DNA of 64,000 nt from Ylistrum balloti (taxonomy: Eukaryota). The DNA lies in the NCBI RefSeq assembly GCF_031769215.1, contig NW_026782411.1, positions 248,001 to 312,000 on the forward strand, in the 5' to 3' direction. The position numbers were made by a program, and so were the translations under genes. Shown here piece after piece: positions 12,399-25,775 of this stretch (its first letter is position 1; the number at the start of each line of letters is the position of its first letter). The notes under the pieces were generated by a model. The model worked only from the letters and a program-made list of their open reading frames with translations, did not search any database and had not been told where the DNA came from.

Positions 12399-12464
12399 AC
12401 ATTTGTTGCCGAAGGAAAAGATATAACGTCAGTGAGAATATACAAGAAACATCCAAAATCCTGA
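12399..12464 (+). CDS. FABP: FABP coding exon 4 (stop TGA); full protein 141 aa
   Basis: Acceptor cttgttttacag|, TFVAEGKDITSVRIYKKHPKS*. Carries the R-x-Y ligand motif. Confidence 0.93.
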   Translation, partial: TFVAEGKDITSVRIYKKHPKS

Positions 12465-15400
12465 AGAGCATACATATAGTAACAGTGATAATTTGTAACA
12501 CAATATTGTCTCACAGAGAAAGACGAGAAGATAAGACAATGCAAAGGAGTGTTAAGTTTATCAGTAACTGAATATATGAATGCTATTACAATGCTCATTT
12601 AAGTTTATATGTAATATTTGCTCAGAAATTTACTAGGACATCCACTTACAACTTGTGTTGACTAGTGTGAAGAGATGCAAAAGTGTCGACTGAGACAAAA
12701 CTATACCATTTGTTCAACTGGATTTTTAGTGTCATCGATCCTTCAGGTATAACTTCGATTATTTCAAAGCAGGGCGTTAAACACATGTGAACAAAACAGT
12801 TTATGATTAATTTCTAAGCATCCCAATTTTTTTCGGGATATGACGAGGCAATAAAGGTTATATACCATACCTGTATCATGGTATTTTTTTCAGAAAATAA
12901 CTCTATATGTTTTCTATACAAGTAGACTAATTAATCAAGATTATTTAAATGTAATATAGCTATTCTGTTCAACAGTTTGTCACATGATAATCAAGTAATA
13001 TACCCAGATAATTACATATTTCACACATGTGATAAAGTCAATTTCAATGTCGTAATAGAGACCATATTTTGTATAGATTGTAAGCTGTATATAATTATCA
13101 TGTAGATTATTGAAAGGAACACGAGCTTGCTTTATGTTACTAATTACATTAATATGTTTTGGTATTATTCACATGTAATATGACCTAGCGTGATCGGTTG
13201 AATGTTCCCATTGTTTGCAATATCACGTCATAGTTTCATCATTACAAATACATTGCGACATCACCAAAGAAATAGATATAGAATGAGAATATCGCTTATG
13301 CTTAGTATAATAAAAGCCTAATTAAATGCCGTTTTCACGAATATTTGTAAAACTTTTAAAGTTATGGGATCAATAGAATCTTGTATTTGTTTCCAATTTA
13401 CAAAAGGCTCGGTAAATTGAAAACCTCTAAGACTCGTTTCATAAATCTAATCTTGTAGGGTTCAATGTTGATTAAACAGAGCAGAAATCTAAATAAATAT
13501 CAGTATACTGATGAGCTGATCTGTTGAATTTTAACATATAAAAAGCATACTAAAAAGAACTTTGTTTTATCGGCACCACCTATTAACATTTCATGTAAGG
13601 ACATTTACGAAATACCTTTCCATAATTTCAACACTGTGTATATTCATATGTATGGAATTTAAAGGCGGTATTATTCTATGAGATGATAATTTGTGTCAGA
13701 ATTCCAGCTATCGTGGAATAAAGGACAAATCACGATCTTTCTAATCAGTGACTGACCCTTGTTTACTGTTAATTGTACCTGAGGAAGCCGTACCGACAGA
13801 ATACACACACAGCGTGGTGGTACCCTTTGTGGTAAGAACCTCCCGAGATCTACACATGTAATTTCTGTTCCATGTGAAGTGCTGTCAATACGGGTTCGAC
13901 GTGTACATGTTTCTGCATACATTAATTATGGCCCTGTTTCTTTGTTTCTTAATCTGATAACGACATTTTATGTTTTTCAACACAAAAACAATTATTAAAA
14001 TAGTGTTTCAGATAGACACGTTATCGCCTAATAAGGGCGTTATGAACAACGATTCGTATCATTTAACAAATCTAAATATGATATAGACATAAAGAACTTT
14101 AAATAACTCTTCATGGAAATTCAATTATTTCAAACACATGCTTATCTCAACTTTGTCGATTTGTTTTCTTGAATACGTCAGAAATTTTTTTGACATTAAA
14201 AGAGCGTCATCTTTGAAATTAATCATCTTCCTTGCTTCTATATATAGCGCATTTCAAATTGATAAATGACAGCAATTATAATGTAACCGATATTGGTGTT
14301 ACCATCTGTATACCTGAAAGGTAACTGCTACAAAACAAATCACGTGACCTTTATTGTTTTAAGATCTAGGTGACACAACGGTGATATTACTTAGATGTCA
14401 AAATGATCTTTAAGATTTTATTTTTTTTGAATTTTTTTAAAAAATTTAATAAAGGCATCAGCCCGCAGCAATTAAACCTGCAAGCATTTGTTAGTACTGA
14501 CACCAATGTCACCAATATGCTGAGTTGTGTTTTGTTGGTATATTTTCATTTGAACAGAAAGGCTGTAATCATTTTAAACAGATCTAACCTAGTTAAAATA
14601 TCATTACGATTTTGGTAAATATGTATCTTTCAGTAAGTCTGGCACACCATAGAAGGAACCAGTTGTTCATATATAACCTCGGTAGATGCAAAGTAATCCG
14701 AATGTTCATGTTGTGGCTACCAAAGTATCAAAGTTGCTATGAAAACGTTGTCATGTTTCTATATTACCGTTTCAAGGACGCATCAGAATTTCAACGTGAA
14801 GATAACAATGTAATCAAATTATAAATCAATATGCAGCAATTTTCATCATGTTGGCGACGTAAGTATCGGGCTGTATTGACAGAATATTCTGAACTTTGTA
14901 CTAACCAAACCTAAAGAATATGTATGGATTTTTAGTGGAGAACATTTCCTCAACATTACCATACACTATTCAATTTCCCTTGATTTTACTATACTGTTCC
15001 AAGTCTTATCAGGAACCACCCGCAGAATACTATTGATCGTGACGTGGTTTTATGCAAATATAACATGACATGGAAGATTTGAACTAACTTAACCGCTGTA
15101 GTTCAGTTTTATAAATTATTTTAATGCCACATTATTCACAGTAACGTGTGTTTCGATCAATAACACAAAATCTGTGATCGTCAGACATTTACAACCTTGG
15201 TAATTGTATAGGATTAGAATTAGATACATTAAAGCAATTAAAACCCCATCATACAGCTATTTCCATGACTCTTCAGTGATGCTAAGGATGAAACCTAGCA
15301 TTGAAATCTAAAAGGCTACTGAGGAAAATCCAAACTAGTTGAAAGAAATGTCAAAAAACAAGATTTAAAGTTGCATGAAGCTATACATTCACTATAAACA

Positions 15401-15999
15401 TTGCTGACATAGGTAAAGGTTTTTGTAACATGAGCTAACTAATAGGAATAAGATAAAATACAGACCCTTTCTGGACCATGATAAGCTGTAAAAACGACAC
15501 CTATACCGTATGATCTGAATCAATATCGGAAGATTATCTGCCCCGGATATGGAGTTACTGCGGTAATTAATCTAACTTATTCATGGATTAGTGGTGTTTG
15601 AATGGGTAAAAGGTGATAAAATACCTGTAACGTATTGATTGCCTCATTCTAAAAAGCTATGATAGGCTGTTAAGATACTACAAGCTGTAATCTTCCTGGA
15701 ATTTTTTCTATAATCGATCGTGTCTATATCACGTTTACCTGTTCTATGGCCGATAGGTTGACTCGTTAGCAAATATACCGAAACGACATAAGTCGGTCAA
15801 TCAGTGTGACATTTAATTAATTTGAATCCGATAGTATCAGGTTATTCAAGAGTTCTAGCAAAAACGATTATTCATGAGTTCATTGTATCATCTTTCACTC
15901 TAATGATATAGAATTGATATAATCTGACTTGCCTTTGAATTCAGTACAAAGTTATACATAACGAGAGGAGATCCACAGGACAAACTGTACTTTTAATTA

Positions 16000-16830
16000 G
16001 TGAACTGTCTTACCGAAAGAAGACTAGTGTCTTTCCTTGATAAAAAACAAGTGTCTTACCTAGATGAAAAAATCTAGTCTCTTATCTAGATAGGAAACGT
16101 TTATCTTAACAAGCAGGAAATCGATTGGCTTATCAATAGAAGATGTGTGTTTTAACAGGAGAAAACACGGGCGTGATATATAGAGATGACACAGACTAAA
16201 AAAAGCCGTAGTATAGCTAAGAGAAAATAAGAAAGTAGTGTCTTTTCAAGAGAATAGGAAGTGTCTTGCCTTGGGAGGACGCGATTGTCTTACCTAGAAA
16301 GAAGACGAGACGAGTGTTTCTCACCTCAAGAGGAGACAAGTGATTTCGAAAGGAACATGTATCTAACCCACAGAAGTGGCGATTAATCTAGGCAGGATAC
16401 ATGTGTCTAACCTAGAGAGAAAGTCGAGTGTTTAATCTAGACAGGATACATGTGTCTAACCTAGAGGTTTGCAGAAGAGACGAGTGTTAAATCTAGACAG
16501 GGGTCTAACCTTGTTGGTCACATCTGTAGAGAAGAGCAATGTTTAACCTGAAGTCTTATATGCAGAAGAGAAGAGTGTTTAACCTACAGACGATACAAGT
16601 GTCTTATCTAAAGTAGAGACGAGTGTTTTAGCTACAGACAAGACAGGTGTCGAAGCTAGAGAGGAAAAGCGTCATATTTGTAGAGAAGACGAGTTGTTTG
16701 TATGCAGAGGAGAAAGATGTCTAACATAAAGAGGATACAAGTGTCATATCTGTAGAGGAGTTTAATCTAGAAAGAAGACAGGTGGCCAACTTTGACAGGA
16801 GACAAGCGACTAGCCAAGAGATGAGACCTT
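16000..16830. repeat. Old degenerate purine-rich tandem repeat (~22-23-bp unit like AGAGAAGACGAGTGTTTAACCT)
   Basis: Recurrent agtgtctta/agtgtttaa..cctaga..gaagac motifs; boundaries are approximate. Confidence 0.7.
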
Positions 16831-17149
16831 AGGTGTCAGATTATCTCACGGCGATATAGTTGCCAAAATAGATATGATAATAATATGATATTCAAAACAT
16901 AATTCTTCGATGAAATATAGTGGAATGCATGTTGGTATCAAATTGGCTTTGATTGTATAAAAACGTATTCATGTAACAAAATAAAACAATACCGTATACC
17001 TGACAAGACATATGATGAGTATAACAGTGTACTTAATCATAATTTTGGTGGAAATATGATACTATCATTTGATCAAGAGTCAGTAGAAACACAGCACTAT
17101 GCTAGTATCGATATCAATAAATCGTGCCAGATTTTACCTGACAACTTAC

Positions 17150-17197
17150 CCTCAGTGATTTGCGTTTCCGCCGTTTGTTCCCTAGTTTAGTCCCCAT
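17150..17197 (-). CDS. Candidate alternative first coding exon of the FAM217-like gene (MGTKLGNKRRKRKSLR)
   Basis: ATG in acaaATGg context, 16 codons, donor AGG|gtaagt. Phase 0 is compatible with the acceptor at 4830. Confidence 0.4.
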
Positions 17198-19713
17198 TTG
17201 TAATATTACATCACGGGATATTCTCACTTTTAATACGCCTGTATCCTCCTGACTTACAATAGTGTTTTGATATCCACTCAGTTAGTGCAGCACTACTCCT
17301 AAAGTGATACTGTCACACCACCAATGGTTACTGTTACACAGAAGCCACCCTGGCAGTCCAAACACCACGTGGGGTAATGCCGTACATTGATGAGAGCTCT
17401 TGTCTTATAGATAGCTTTGTATCAGACGGCGTTAGTGTGACAGCCAATACAGGTACAGAACAGGTAACGAGGGCTGACCGTACAGGTAGTCTTAATCTTA
17501 ACCCAGACAAATCACACACAACATACAGCTAAATATCCGAACACTCTACTTGTCTGGTCACGTGATGAATGAAAATCAATGTTTAATCAGTGATTATAAT
17601 TAAAGCTCGCAGGAACAAAATCTGAGATTTCAACAAAAGGCATTAGGCTTTAAGTACCCCCAGGTAATCTTGATCCTATTTGAATAATAATTCCGAATAG
17701 TGGACTAGTGCTATACAAACACATTAAGGAATGTATTGGGAATGTTGACACTGAAACACTACAACTGAACACATATAATGACGGCAGATATCAAACTTTC
17801 ATTTCAACTTTCCTGTTACAAGTGATAGTGCTAATCATGTTTTAGTTAGTCTGGTTAAACAAACATATCACACGCCTTCAGTAGTCGTCATAATTATATA
17901 CCTAATTATAATATAAAGCATTCCGAAGCATGGTTTCTAAATTGACATATAAATAAATGGCATTTTGTGACAACATAATACGGTTAATGTCTACATAAAA
18001 TTGCTTCTGTAAAATCTATTCATTACCTTGCTTAAGTGTGTTTACTCCTAGTTTACTGGTTTATTTTAACGTAGAAGTATATATAGATATGGAATATGAA
18101 AACTATTAAACATGAGTGCGCGTGTTTAACACATGACGAAAAATGAAAGAAATGTATACAAGATCATCACATCATCCAATGTATCTTGTCTTAGAGATGA
18201 TGTTTCTAGAAAAGTAAGTTCATGTAAATACTTTTTTACAATACTTATTATGATATAAAAAAAATGTTATATATTGTTTTTAATTTGTATTGAAAGGCAT
18301 TTTTCACTTGCATGTCTATTGTTCAATCTTATCAATTGACGAAATTCCAAAATTGTTTCTGAGGCTAATGAACATTATAAAGACCTGAGTAAGAGTTTAC
18401 CAGCGGTTAGTGAAAAACTGCGATCTTGCCACAGAAAACACATGGGAGGTCCATGCCAAATCAATGCTCACAATATATCAATCTCAACAAATCTACAGCT
18501 GCGAAATGATAAAAGAATGTTCTTAATTCATTTTTGAATTTTTTCACTAATTGTCGGTTATCTCTAACCAGTCTTTGAACAATCGAGGTCTTCATGCTAC
18601 TATGTAAGAGGGGAAATATATTTACTCTATGAAATTAACGTCATCTGATTTATCATGAAGTTTGGATTTGTTATTGTCATGATAGATATATTCTACATTA
18701 AGATAGCTGTAGTTATATAAATAATTGTGGTGTCTTATTAATTAATAAGGTTGATAAGCTATATTCCGGGATAATCAGTATAGATATAACAAGGTAGAAA
18801 CGAAACAAACTGCACCATGCAGCTGTTTCCTCCTTCTAGGACAAAGGTATCTCATTAGCAAAGTGGTATTATTTGTGTTTGATTTCTGCAAAAGATCCTA
18901 TTAGTGGTATACATTAAAACAATCAGAACATTTGGGTTGTATAAAAATATTGTAACCATATCATAAGGAAATTCAATATTTTACGAAGTTTTTGTGTTCA
19001 TAAACACTCACCTATCACTAAAAAACCTCTCTGTAAATAGGCAACTAGATATTGGCAACGTTTATACAGACCATTATTGTTAAAAACATCACGCTTCAAT
19101 AAAATAGTTTATACCTTTTCAAGAACATTCGTGTAGCTTTTGTTAATATTTTGTCTAGTTTAATCGAATTAGTGTTTTGATTAAGATTTTGTTAACGCGT
19201 TGGTATTCTCTATGTTGTTTTCATCCTATAAGTTATTACTTAGATTCGAACAAAACCACCCCAAAAATGTAGATATAATAAAGTACCGCTTGTTGCTTCA
19301 ATACTTGTATTTCCTCAATCAACAGCTATCCCTCTCCTCTATTAAGTCTAAGTGATTCCAATCTATATGTTCCAACAGAATTATTTCATTTTCATTTCTC
19401 GGTAACTTGTAGTCGCAAACTGGTTAATTTTAAGAAGAATCATATCTCATGTTTATCATTTCATTCATTTAAGACTCTCATTGTGTTGGTTATATAACTT
19501 GGACAAAAATCCCATATTTAATCGTTGATTATTCCACAAATAAAGTAATAAAATGCTCATATATCGTTTTTCTTTACTGGTCACGCATTCACAAGTATGA
19601 CACATAGACACAATGCCTGTAAATAATTGATGTGTCTATTAAACATTCAGGTCATAGAACGATAGTAAAACACCTGTCCTCCTACTCAGTTGTACTGAGA
19701 GCTGGTTGTTGTT

Positions 19714-20019
19714 TTGTTTATTCTCGATGTTACAGTAAACAACTATAGACCACCAACTTTAACAGGTTCGTGTTATCATTCATTTAAAGAGGCTTCAAAT
19801 GTACATTTAATTAAGGTCGTCTTTGTGCAATGTCTATCTAATCAATTGATAAGATATCAACGTTACATAGTACAACCGATTAATTCTGTTTACAGTATAC
19901 AACACATTGTTAAATGTAGACTTTTCCAAAGACAAAAGCATTGCATTAGCCCAAGTGTTTCCCACGGTCTGGAATACAGATTTCTACCATTAAAGATCAG
20001 TGTCACTATAAACCCCTGA
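19714..20019 (+). mobile_element. Decayed Penelope-like RT C-terminal fragment (explains the 101-aa ORF)
   Basis: ILDVTV...FKEASNV...CLSNQLIRYQR...HGLEYRF..KISVT resembles YLDL...FLSSNI..YISQLIRYAR...HHDLVDRY.ISVS. Confidence 0.4.
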
Positions 20020-22525
20020 ACCAACAGAGTGCTATGATAACCATCTATCGTTTGATATAAGAACATAACAAGGAATTAGCGAATGCATCTTGTAATCATA
20101 GACGTTGATAATGGTTAGGAGCGTCACAACGTTACAAATCACACCTTTGTCGCATTTCACAAGACTGGGCTTTATACATTATTTTTTTCCAAAAAAAATA
20201 AAGGACATCAATTTAAATATCATGGGGTGTAACATTAAAACTATGTTTTTATTGACAGAGCTCGTTGACGAGATTATTGTTTACCCAATATTGCGGTAGG
20301 GATTGAATTTATAGAAGTGAAAAAACACACACTGCTGTAAACCTCTTATTAATACACACAATAGGAAAATGTATTAATAATTGTAGAAATGGATAGGCTT
20401 TATTCTTACAATCATTGACACGTTCTAAAGGAAAACAATGAAAAAACAATTGTACAATTTATAGAAAACGTCAATAGCAATTAATTTTGATTGGTAAAAT
20501 GTAACAAAAATCCTTGTTAGTTTATCAATATGTATTCATATTTTTATATATACTATTAAATATATGATATACAGGCTGATTTTTTAAATTCAAGATTGGT
20601 AAGAATAATGTACACAATATCAGTAGCAGTGCTGAATAAATATGAAATACGATCGCACGTGTACACGAAGGGTATTTGTTCTTAAATAACTTGAACATAT
20701 GTTTATTGGCAAGTAATCGAGTAATCGAACTGTGAACAACTGGACCATAACGATCTCCTCTTCTATAAAAATTATTGTATTTAGATATTAAGATATTTCC
20801 TCGTCTTGAGTGAGTACACTGATTGAATTCTACAAGTACCAACGAAACGTTACATTTGTGTGATCATGTTTTTTTTAATGGTGGAAATACCACATACGAT
20901 ATCCGTAAGGAATACTAAGACAAGTGATAAGTACGAATTGTCACTTAACATTCAGCGTGCTCTAGCCAACATTTTGTCAGTAGCACAATTACAGACACCC
21001 ACGAACCATCAGTTTGTCCAAGTTTCGACTGATTTGTTGACAAAAACAAATGTCAATAGTATTTGACATCAGGCATTGCTTATCTTGGCCCTCTCCTTAC
21101 AGTGACTACAGGTGGTACAGATAATGGGTAGGAAGAAAGAGATATATAAAGCCGCCTTTGTACACACAGGTTGTACACTACACTGGCTTATTTTCATACT
21201 AGCTATCGTTTCTTTCATATTTCTATTGTTGGTATCCATATACCCATGAATGCCATCTGAATACAGTTTGATGTTCTACCAACATGAGCTCTGATAAAAA
21301 CATGAACCATCAGCAGGCTATCGTTTTATAAACAGCATATAATTTCACAATATAGTTAATGTCAATGTATTCACATGAATACATAAGAAATTGAAAACAA
21401 AATAAAGATTACATGAAATGGCGTGTCAGTACCTAATCAAACATAAACCGGCCGATACAGACCATACTTTTATCTGAGCTTGAAACCTTTGAACCAATTA
21501 ATAGCATGATATATGTATATTCTATCATATCAATACAAACGTTTGGCAAATTGTCTGTTATGGTTTTGATTCTCAAACTATTCAAGCACAAGCACACATG
21601 TATGATCACAATACGATCGTTCATGCATGTGTCGGGACATCTGAACTAGGAAAATGTGCTTATATAAAGTAATACTTAAAGGAAGACACTCCATACTAAA
21701 GCTGGTTTTCTATAATAGTCAATAAGTATAGGTAGTATTTTGCACCTAAGTATCCGATATTACGTAAGGAAAGGCACTTGAAAGCCTGGATCTCTCTGCG
21801 TGATCAATATGTGTCTCAGTAACGTACAAAACCCTACTGTAATCTACCAAAATATCAATACACCTATAGCATGGCTGTCCTAACCTGACCTACCATTCTG
21901 AATATATCTTCTATATCTCTGACGTTAGCATATTGTATATACATGTCTATAAGGTAGCAAAGGGGAATCAAAAGAAAACCTCTTGATACCAAATTATAAC
22001 AGATTCTAGAATTTGTTTAATAAAGGTATGCCTTTTTTCATTGTGTAAATAAACACATTAAAAGTGCATGCCTGTCTGTAAATAGTGTGGTCTATAAGAC
22101 TTATGACAGTATAGGTAAATGAAATGAATGTGTTTATATATAGATGATAAATGTAATAAGTGATAGTATGAACTGTGTTGTATTGTTAGTACCATTGTCC
22201 TAGAGAGAAGGTCACATACCCAGGACATTTAAATGTGTAGAGGTAAGGATCGACATAACCTTAAGTCACCTAAGATATACTATGGTGGACGCCATGTTGT
22301 TTACATAGCAACAACCTGACAACTTGATTATCAGCGGAGTCAGTCTACACGTGTCTGTGTGTATGTTGATCAGTTCTAATTTGTTCATATTTTATAGCTA
22401 CCCGTCTGATATTCACACAGGCGTTATATAGAAACTAGGACCCTGATAATCTGACTCCACTTTTGTAAAGCCTCTATATCACGGCTCCCAATCCCATGTG
22501 ACATTTAACGAGATTAAAGTCTTAC

Positions 22526-22606
22526 CTGATAAGCGGATGTTCGGAACTTGTTCTTAAGGTTCATGTTGACGTCTCGGACCTGGTCACTCAGCCTCCGAAA
22601 CTCCAA
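22526..22606 (-). CDS. FAM217: FAM217-like gene internal exon, 81 nt, phase 0 to 0
   Basis: Acceptor atcttgatttccgacag| and donor CAG|gtaaga. Translates LEFRRLSDQVRDVNMNLKNKFRTSAYQ and joins KLYHQQQ in frame. An upstream in-frame ATG at 22642 (MTALWYNLDFRQ) is an alternative start. Confidence 0.65.
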
Positions 22607-23449
22607 CTGTCGGAAATCAAGATTATACCACAAAGCTGTCATTATGTCTTCGTTTCTAATAACGGTATTTAAGAATATCCATGTGAATGAATATGTCAAT
22701 TAGACCCCTCCCTGCCCCACCTCCTACTCCCTCGTAAGTACTTTCTTCACTCCTGTAAATACACTTCTTTAGAAGTGTCTCGGATGCTATAAAATGCAAG
22801 AGATCACCAGATCATATAATTTGTCAGAAGTTTGGGTCTTCTCGTACCAGGCCTAGCAGTGGAATGTGTACATACATACACAACTATTGACAGTACAGAT
22901 CAAGACGTTTACACACACTCCAACTTTCCACTTAAAAGTTAACTGGCCTATGAGTATTGTTGAATACAAATGAGCGTGACGCCCTGCCCCGCTAGCGTCT
23001 CCAGGTAAAACAAAAAGTGCTTCTCCAGCCTTAAGGTACGATGTTTACCGTCAGCATGCTACGTGATGAGATATACCTGATATATTTCAATACTTGGCCT
23101 ATATCTATGTAATATCCGGCACCATCTAATTATACTTTATTTTATAATAGTTAATTGGACTCGATCTAACCGAGCCAACATGGAGATTGGAGAGCTGAGC
23201 TCGTATTGTAAGGTCGTAAACGCCACACAAAGACCTCCTTCGGCATACTTGTGTATAAAGCTCTACATGCCGTGCTTATTAACTTTGCCAATTGAATTTT
23301 ACATATTCAAATTGTAATATAAATAACGTTCAAAGGAAGTCAATCTGGGCATTAAATGTAATATTGTATATACACATTATCTGACAAATTTATAATCGGA
23401 TTTACATGGAAATATAAATGAATCCTTTAGAGAGTAAAATGAAACCTAC

Positions 23450-23475
23450 CTTAGTCAGTGTACACAGGTTCTCCT
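23450..23475 (-). CDS. FAM217: FAM217-like gene candidate 26-nt microexon, phase 1 to 0
   Basis: Strong acceptor aaactcttctttacag| and donor AAG|gtaggt. The only stop-free phase gives (K)ENLCTLTK, which is exactly the phase needed to bridge exons 26567-26468 and 22606-22526. Confidence 0.6.
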
Positions 23476-23889
23476 CTGTAAAGAAGAGTTTAAACATTAG
23501 AAACATTTTACATATATTACATTTTACCTACTAAGACGCAATCTAGAATTTACATGCATGATTCGGTTGAGGTGACATATTGACAGGTGCCCTTTTAGGT
23601 ATAAAATATATGGGACGGAAACTATGGTATCAGATTTAACATCATTGTTATTACGATACCATGGTTGAAGGAACAATATGCATATGAAATCAAACAGCAA
23701 TTGTCATTACTGGTAGACTAGAGATACTACAATTGTCAAAAGAAGATATTCCAGACAAGGCCCTAAGTTAGATCGTGTGCTAGTCTGTCAGAGCCGGATG
23801 ACGTGATTGTATCATCGATGGTATGAGCATACAGAGTCACCATCATACCATGTAATAGTGATACGTATCACACCCTGACACACGAGACA

Positions 23890-24000
23890 ATACCTCCTTA
23901 CGAAACCCCACACGCCGAACAGTAGCATACGTGCGTAATGTATGTGTGCTTGATACGTCTGTCCGTCCGTCGGCCCGCCCGTCCGTCTGTCTGTCCATTT
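23890..24000. mobile_element. Possible HINE terminal remnant with a GTCC/GTCT microsatellite
   Basis: gtctgtccgtccgtcggcccgcccgtccgtctgtctgtcc at ~23956-23996. Confidence 0.35.
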
Positions 24001-25304
24001 ATATGACGGTAAAAAAAGATGTCTAGAAACATTTCTGCCCCCTCTGTTAACCGTTGACTAACGACAATAATACCTATGTGATCAATTTCAATAACCTATA
24101 CATTCCTTTCATTAATCAATGTAATGATTCTGTTACATTGAATATGTTATTTCTTGAAGAACAGTGCATCATTATTCATTTCAATATGTTAAGTCATCGA
24201 ATGTGCGTGTGATTGTAAATTAACGGAAACCCAATCAAAAGTACTCTTTTTCACGTGAATTTATATGAGTTTTAAAATAAAATCCACTTAATGGAATACA
24301 TATTTGATAACGAGACATTTAAAGCATCAGTGTGTTATTCTAACACACCTACATCTATCTCACGCACTAACGCCTGCAAAGTTGTGTATTTATATAACAA
24401 GTCATTACTGGATTCATGTGTTTCCAATAAGATATATACATCAACAGTCAAACCGAAAAATCAATTAAAAAAGATACAGAAGCAGGAGAATGTCAAATGC
24501 ACAAACATATATCCCATCAATTTTCAATAATACATGAAACATTGATCGGCGTTTACTCTAAATTCGTGACATCCAAGTGAGTGTGAACTATTGTGTGGAC
24601 GTAATGTGAGTAATCAATACCCGTATTGAAGGATCTAGCTTGTCACTATTGACGAATCGTTACTTAACCCTAACGCTATGTACAATCAAATGTTTTGGAT
24701 ACTAGAGACATTTAACACAAGGCTTTATACACTAGCGACTTGACGGCAACGGGAAAATTGTTTCACTTTAGAAAAAACAAATACCTTTTACACTAAGTAA
24801 ATTTTGTACAGAGTAAAGATCAAAGCCATATAAAGGAACAATAACTCAGCGTTAACGCCTTTACTCTCATAGAAAATTAACTGCCAACTTCATAATAAGT
24901 CAGCGTATATATAATGATTATTGTTATACCTAGTATTGTATCCTTTTATACATATTTCCACGCGAGCAATTAGACTAAAGGATCAATCAAATGTTTATCA
25001 TATTCAAGATCTATAATACTGTGGTATGCAACGGTATTTAGGCATTACATGCATTTCTCTTCGTTCTTAAACATTCTTCCTATCCAATCAATGTATCATA
25101 TTTCTTTCTTTCACATTTCAAAGCAGGGCTGAAAATTCTATCTGGTGTTTATTCTCTTACTATATAACTTTATAATCATAATAAAATGTGTTTTTCTAAA
25201 ATAAAATGGTTGTGACTTGAAGCTAAAAGAATGGTGAATGTATCGAAATTATACCAAAACGCTATGAGAATTAATGGTTTTATAAGACAAGGCCTTTGTC
25301 TCGG

Positions 25305-25775
25305 AATGTTATTGGCTAAATATAATGCGTTCTGATGTGAGAACTAGTCTAAATGTTACTGGTTAAATATCGTGCGCTCTGATGTGATAACTGGTGTAAA
25401 TGTTACTGGTTAAATATCGTGCGCTCTGATGTGATAACTGGTGTAAATGTTACTGGTTAAATATCGTGCGCTCTGATGTGATAACTGGTGTAAATGTTAC
25501 TGGTTAAATATCGTGCGTTCTGATGTGAAAACTAGTCTAAATGTTATTGGCTGAATATCGTGCGCTCTGATGTGATAACTGGTGTAAATGTTACTGGTTA
25601 CATATCGTGCGCTCTGATGTGATAACTGGTGTAAATGTTACTGGTTGAAGATCGTGCGTTCTGATGTGATAACTAGTCTAAATGTTACTGGTTGAATATC
25701 GTGCGTTCTGATGTGATAATGATAACTGTTCTTTATTTACAGAATATCGTGCGTTGTGATGTGTTAACCAGTCTT
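25305..25775. repeat. Tandem repeat, 47-bp unit x~10
   Basis: Unit aaatgttactggttaaatatcgtgcgctctgatgtgataactggtgt; period measured from 25351 to 25398. Confidence 0.95.

Noticed and set aside
13518-13540. Other CTGATGA heptamers (e.g. ~13518, ~42626, ~55294) as hammerhead cores
   Set aside because: None is followed by a stem II hairpin, GAAA and an NUH site.
13779-13922. ORF MYAETCTRR...VRLPQ ending at a phase 0 donor (CAG|gtacaa), a possible alternative first exon
   Set aside because: The donor is weak, the peptide is not recognisable, and phase compatibility alone is 1 in 3. It is left as unsupported.
17310-17532. ~70-codon stop-free + strand frame (CHTTNGYCY...HTTYS) and the overlapping minus ORF 17334-17519
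   Set aside because: No start or splice context and no recognisable domain. It is more likely 5' UTR or promoter DNA of the 17.2-kb candidate exon.
25305-25775. CRISPR-like appearance of regular repeats (also 12062-12351)
   Set aside because: They are head-to-tail tandem units with no unique spacers and no cas genes, in a eukaryotic context.
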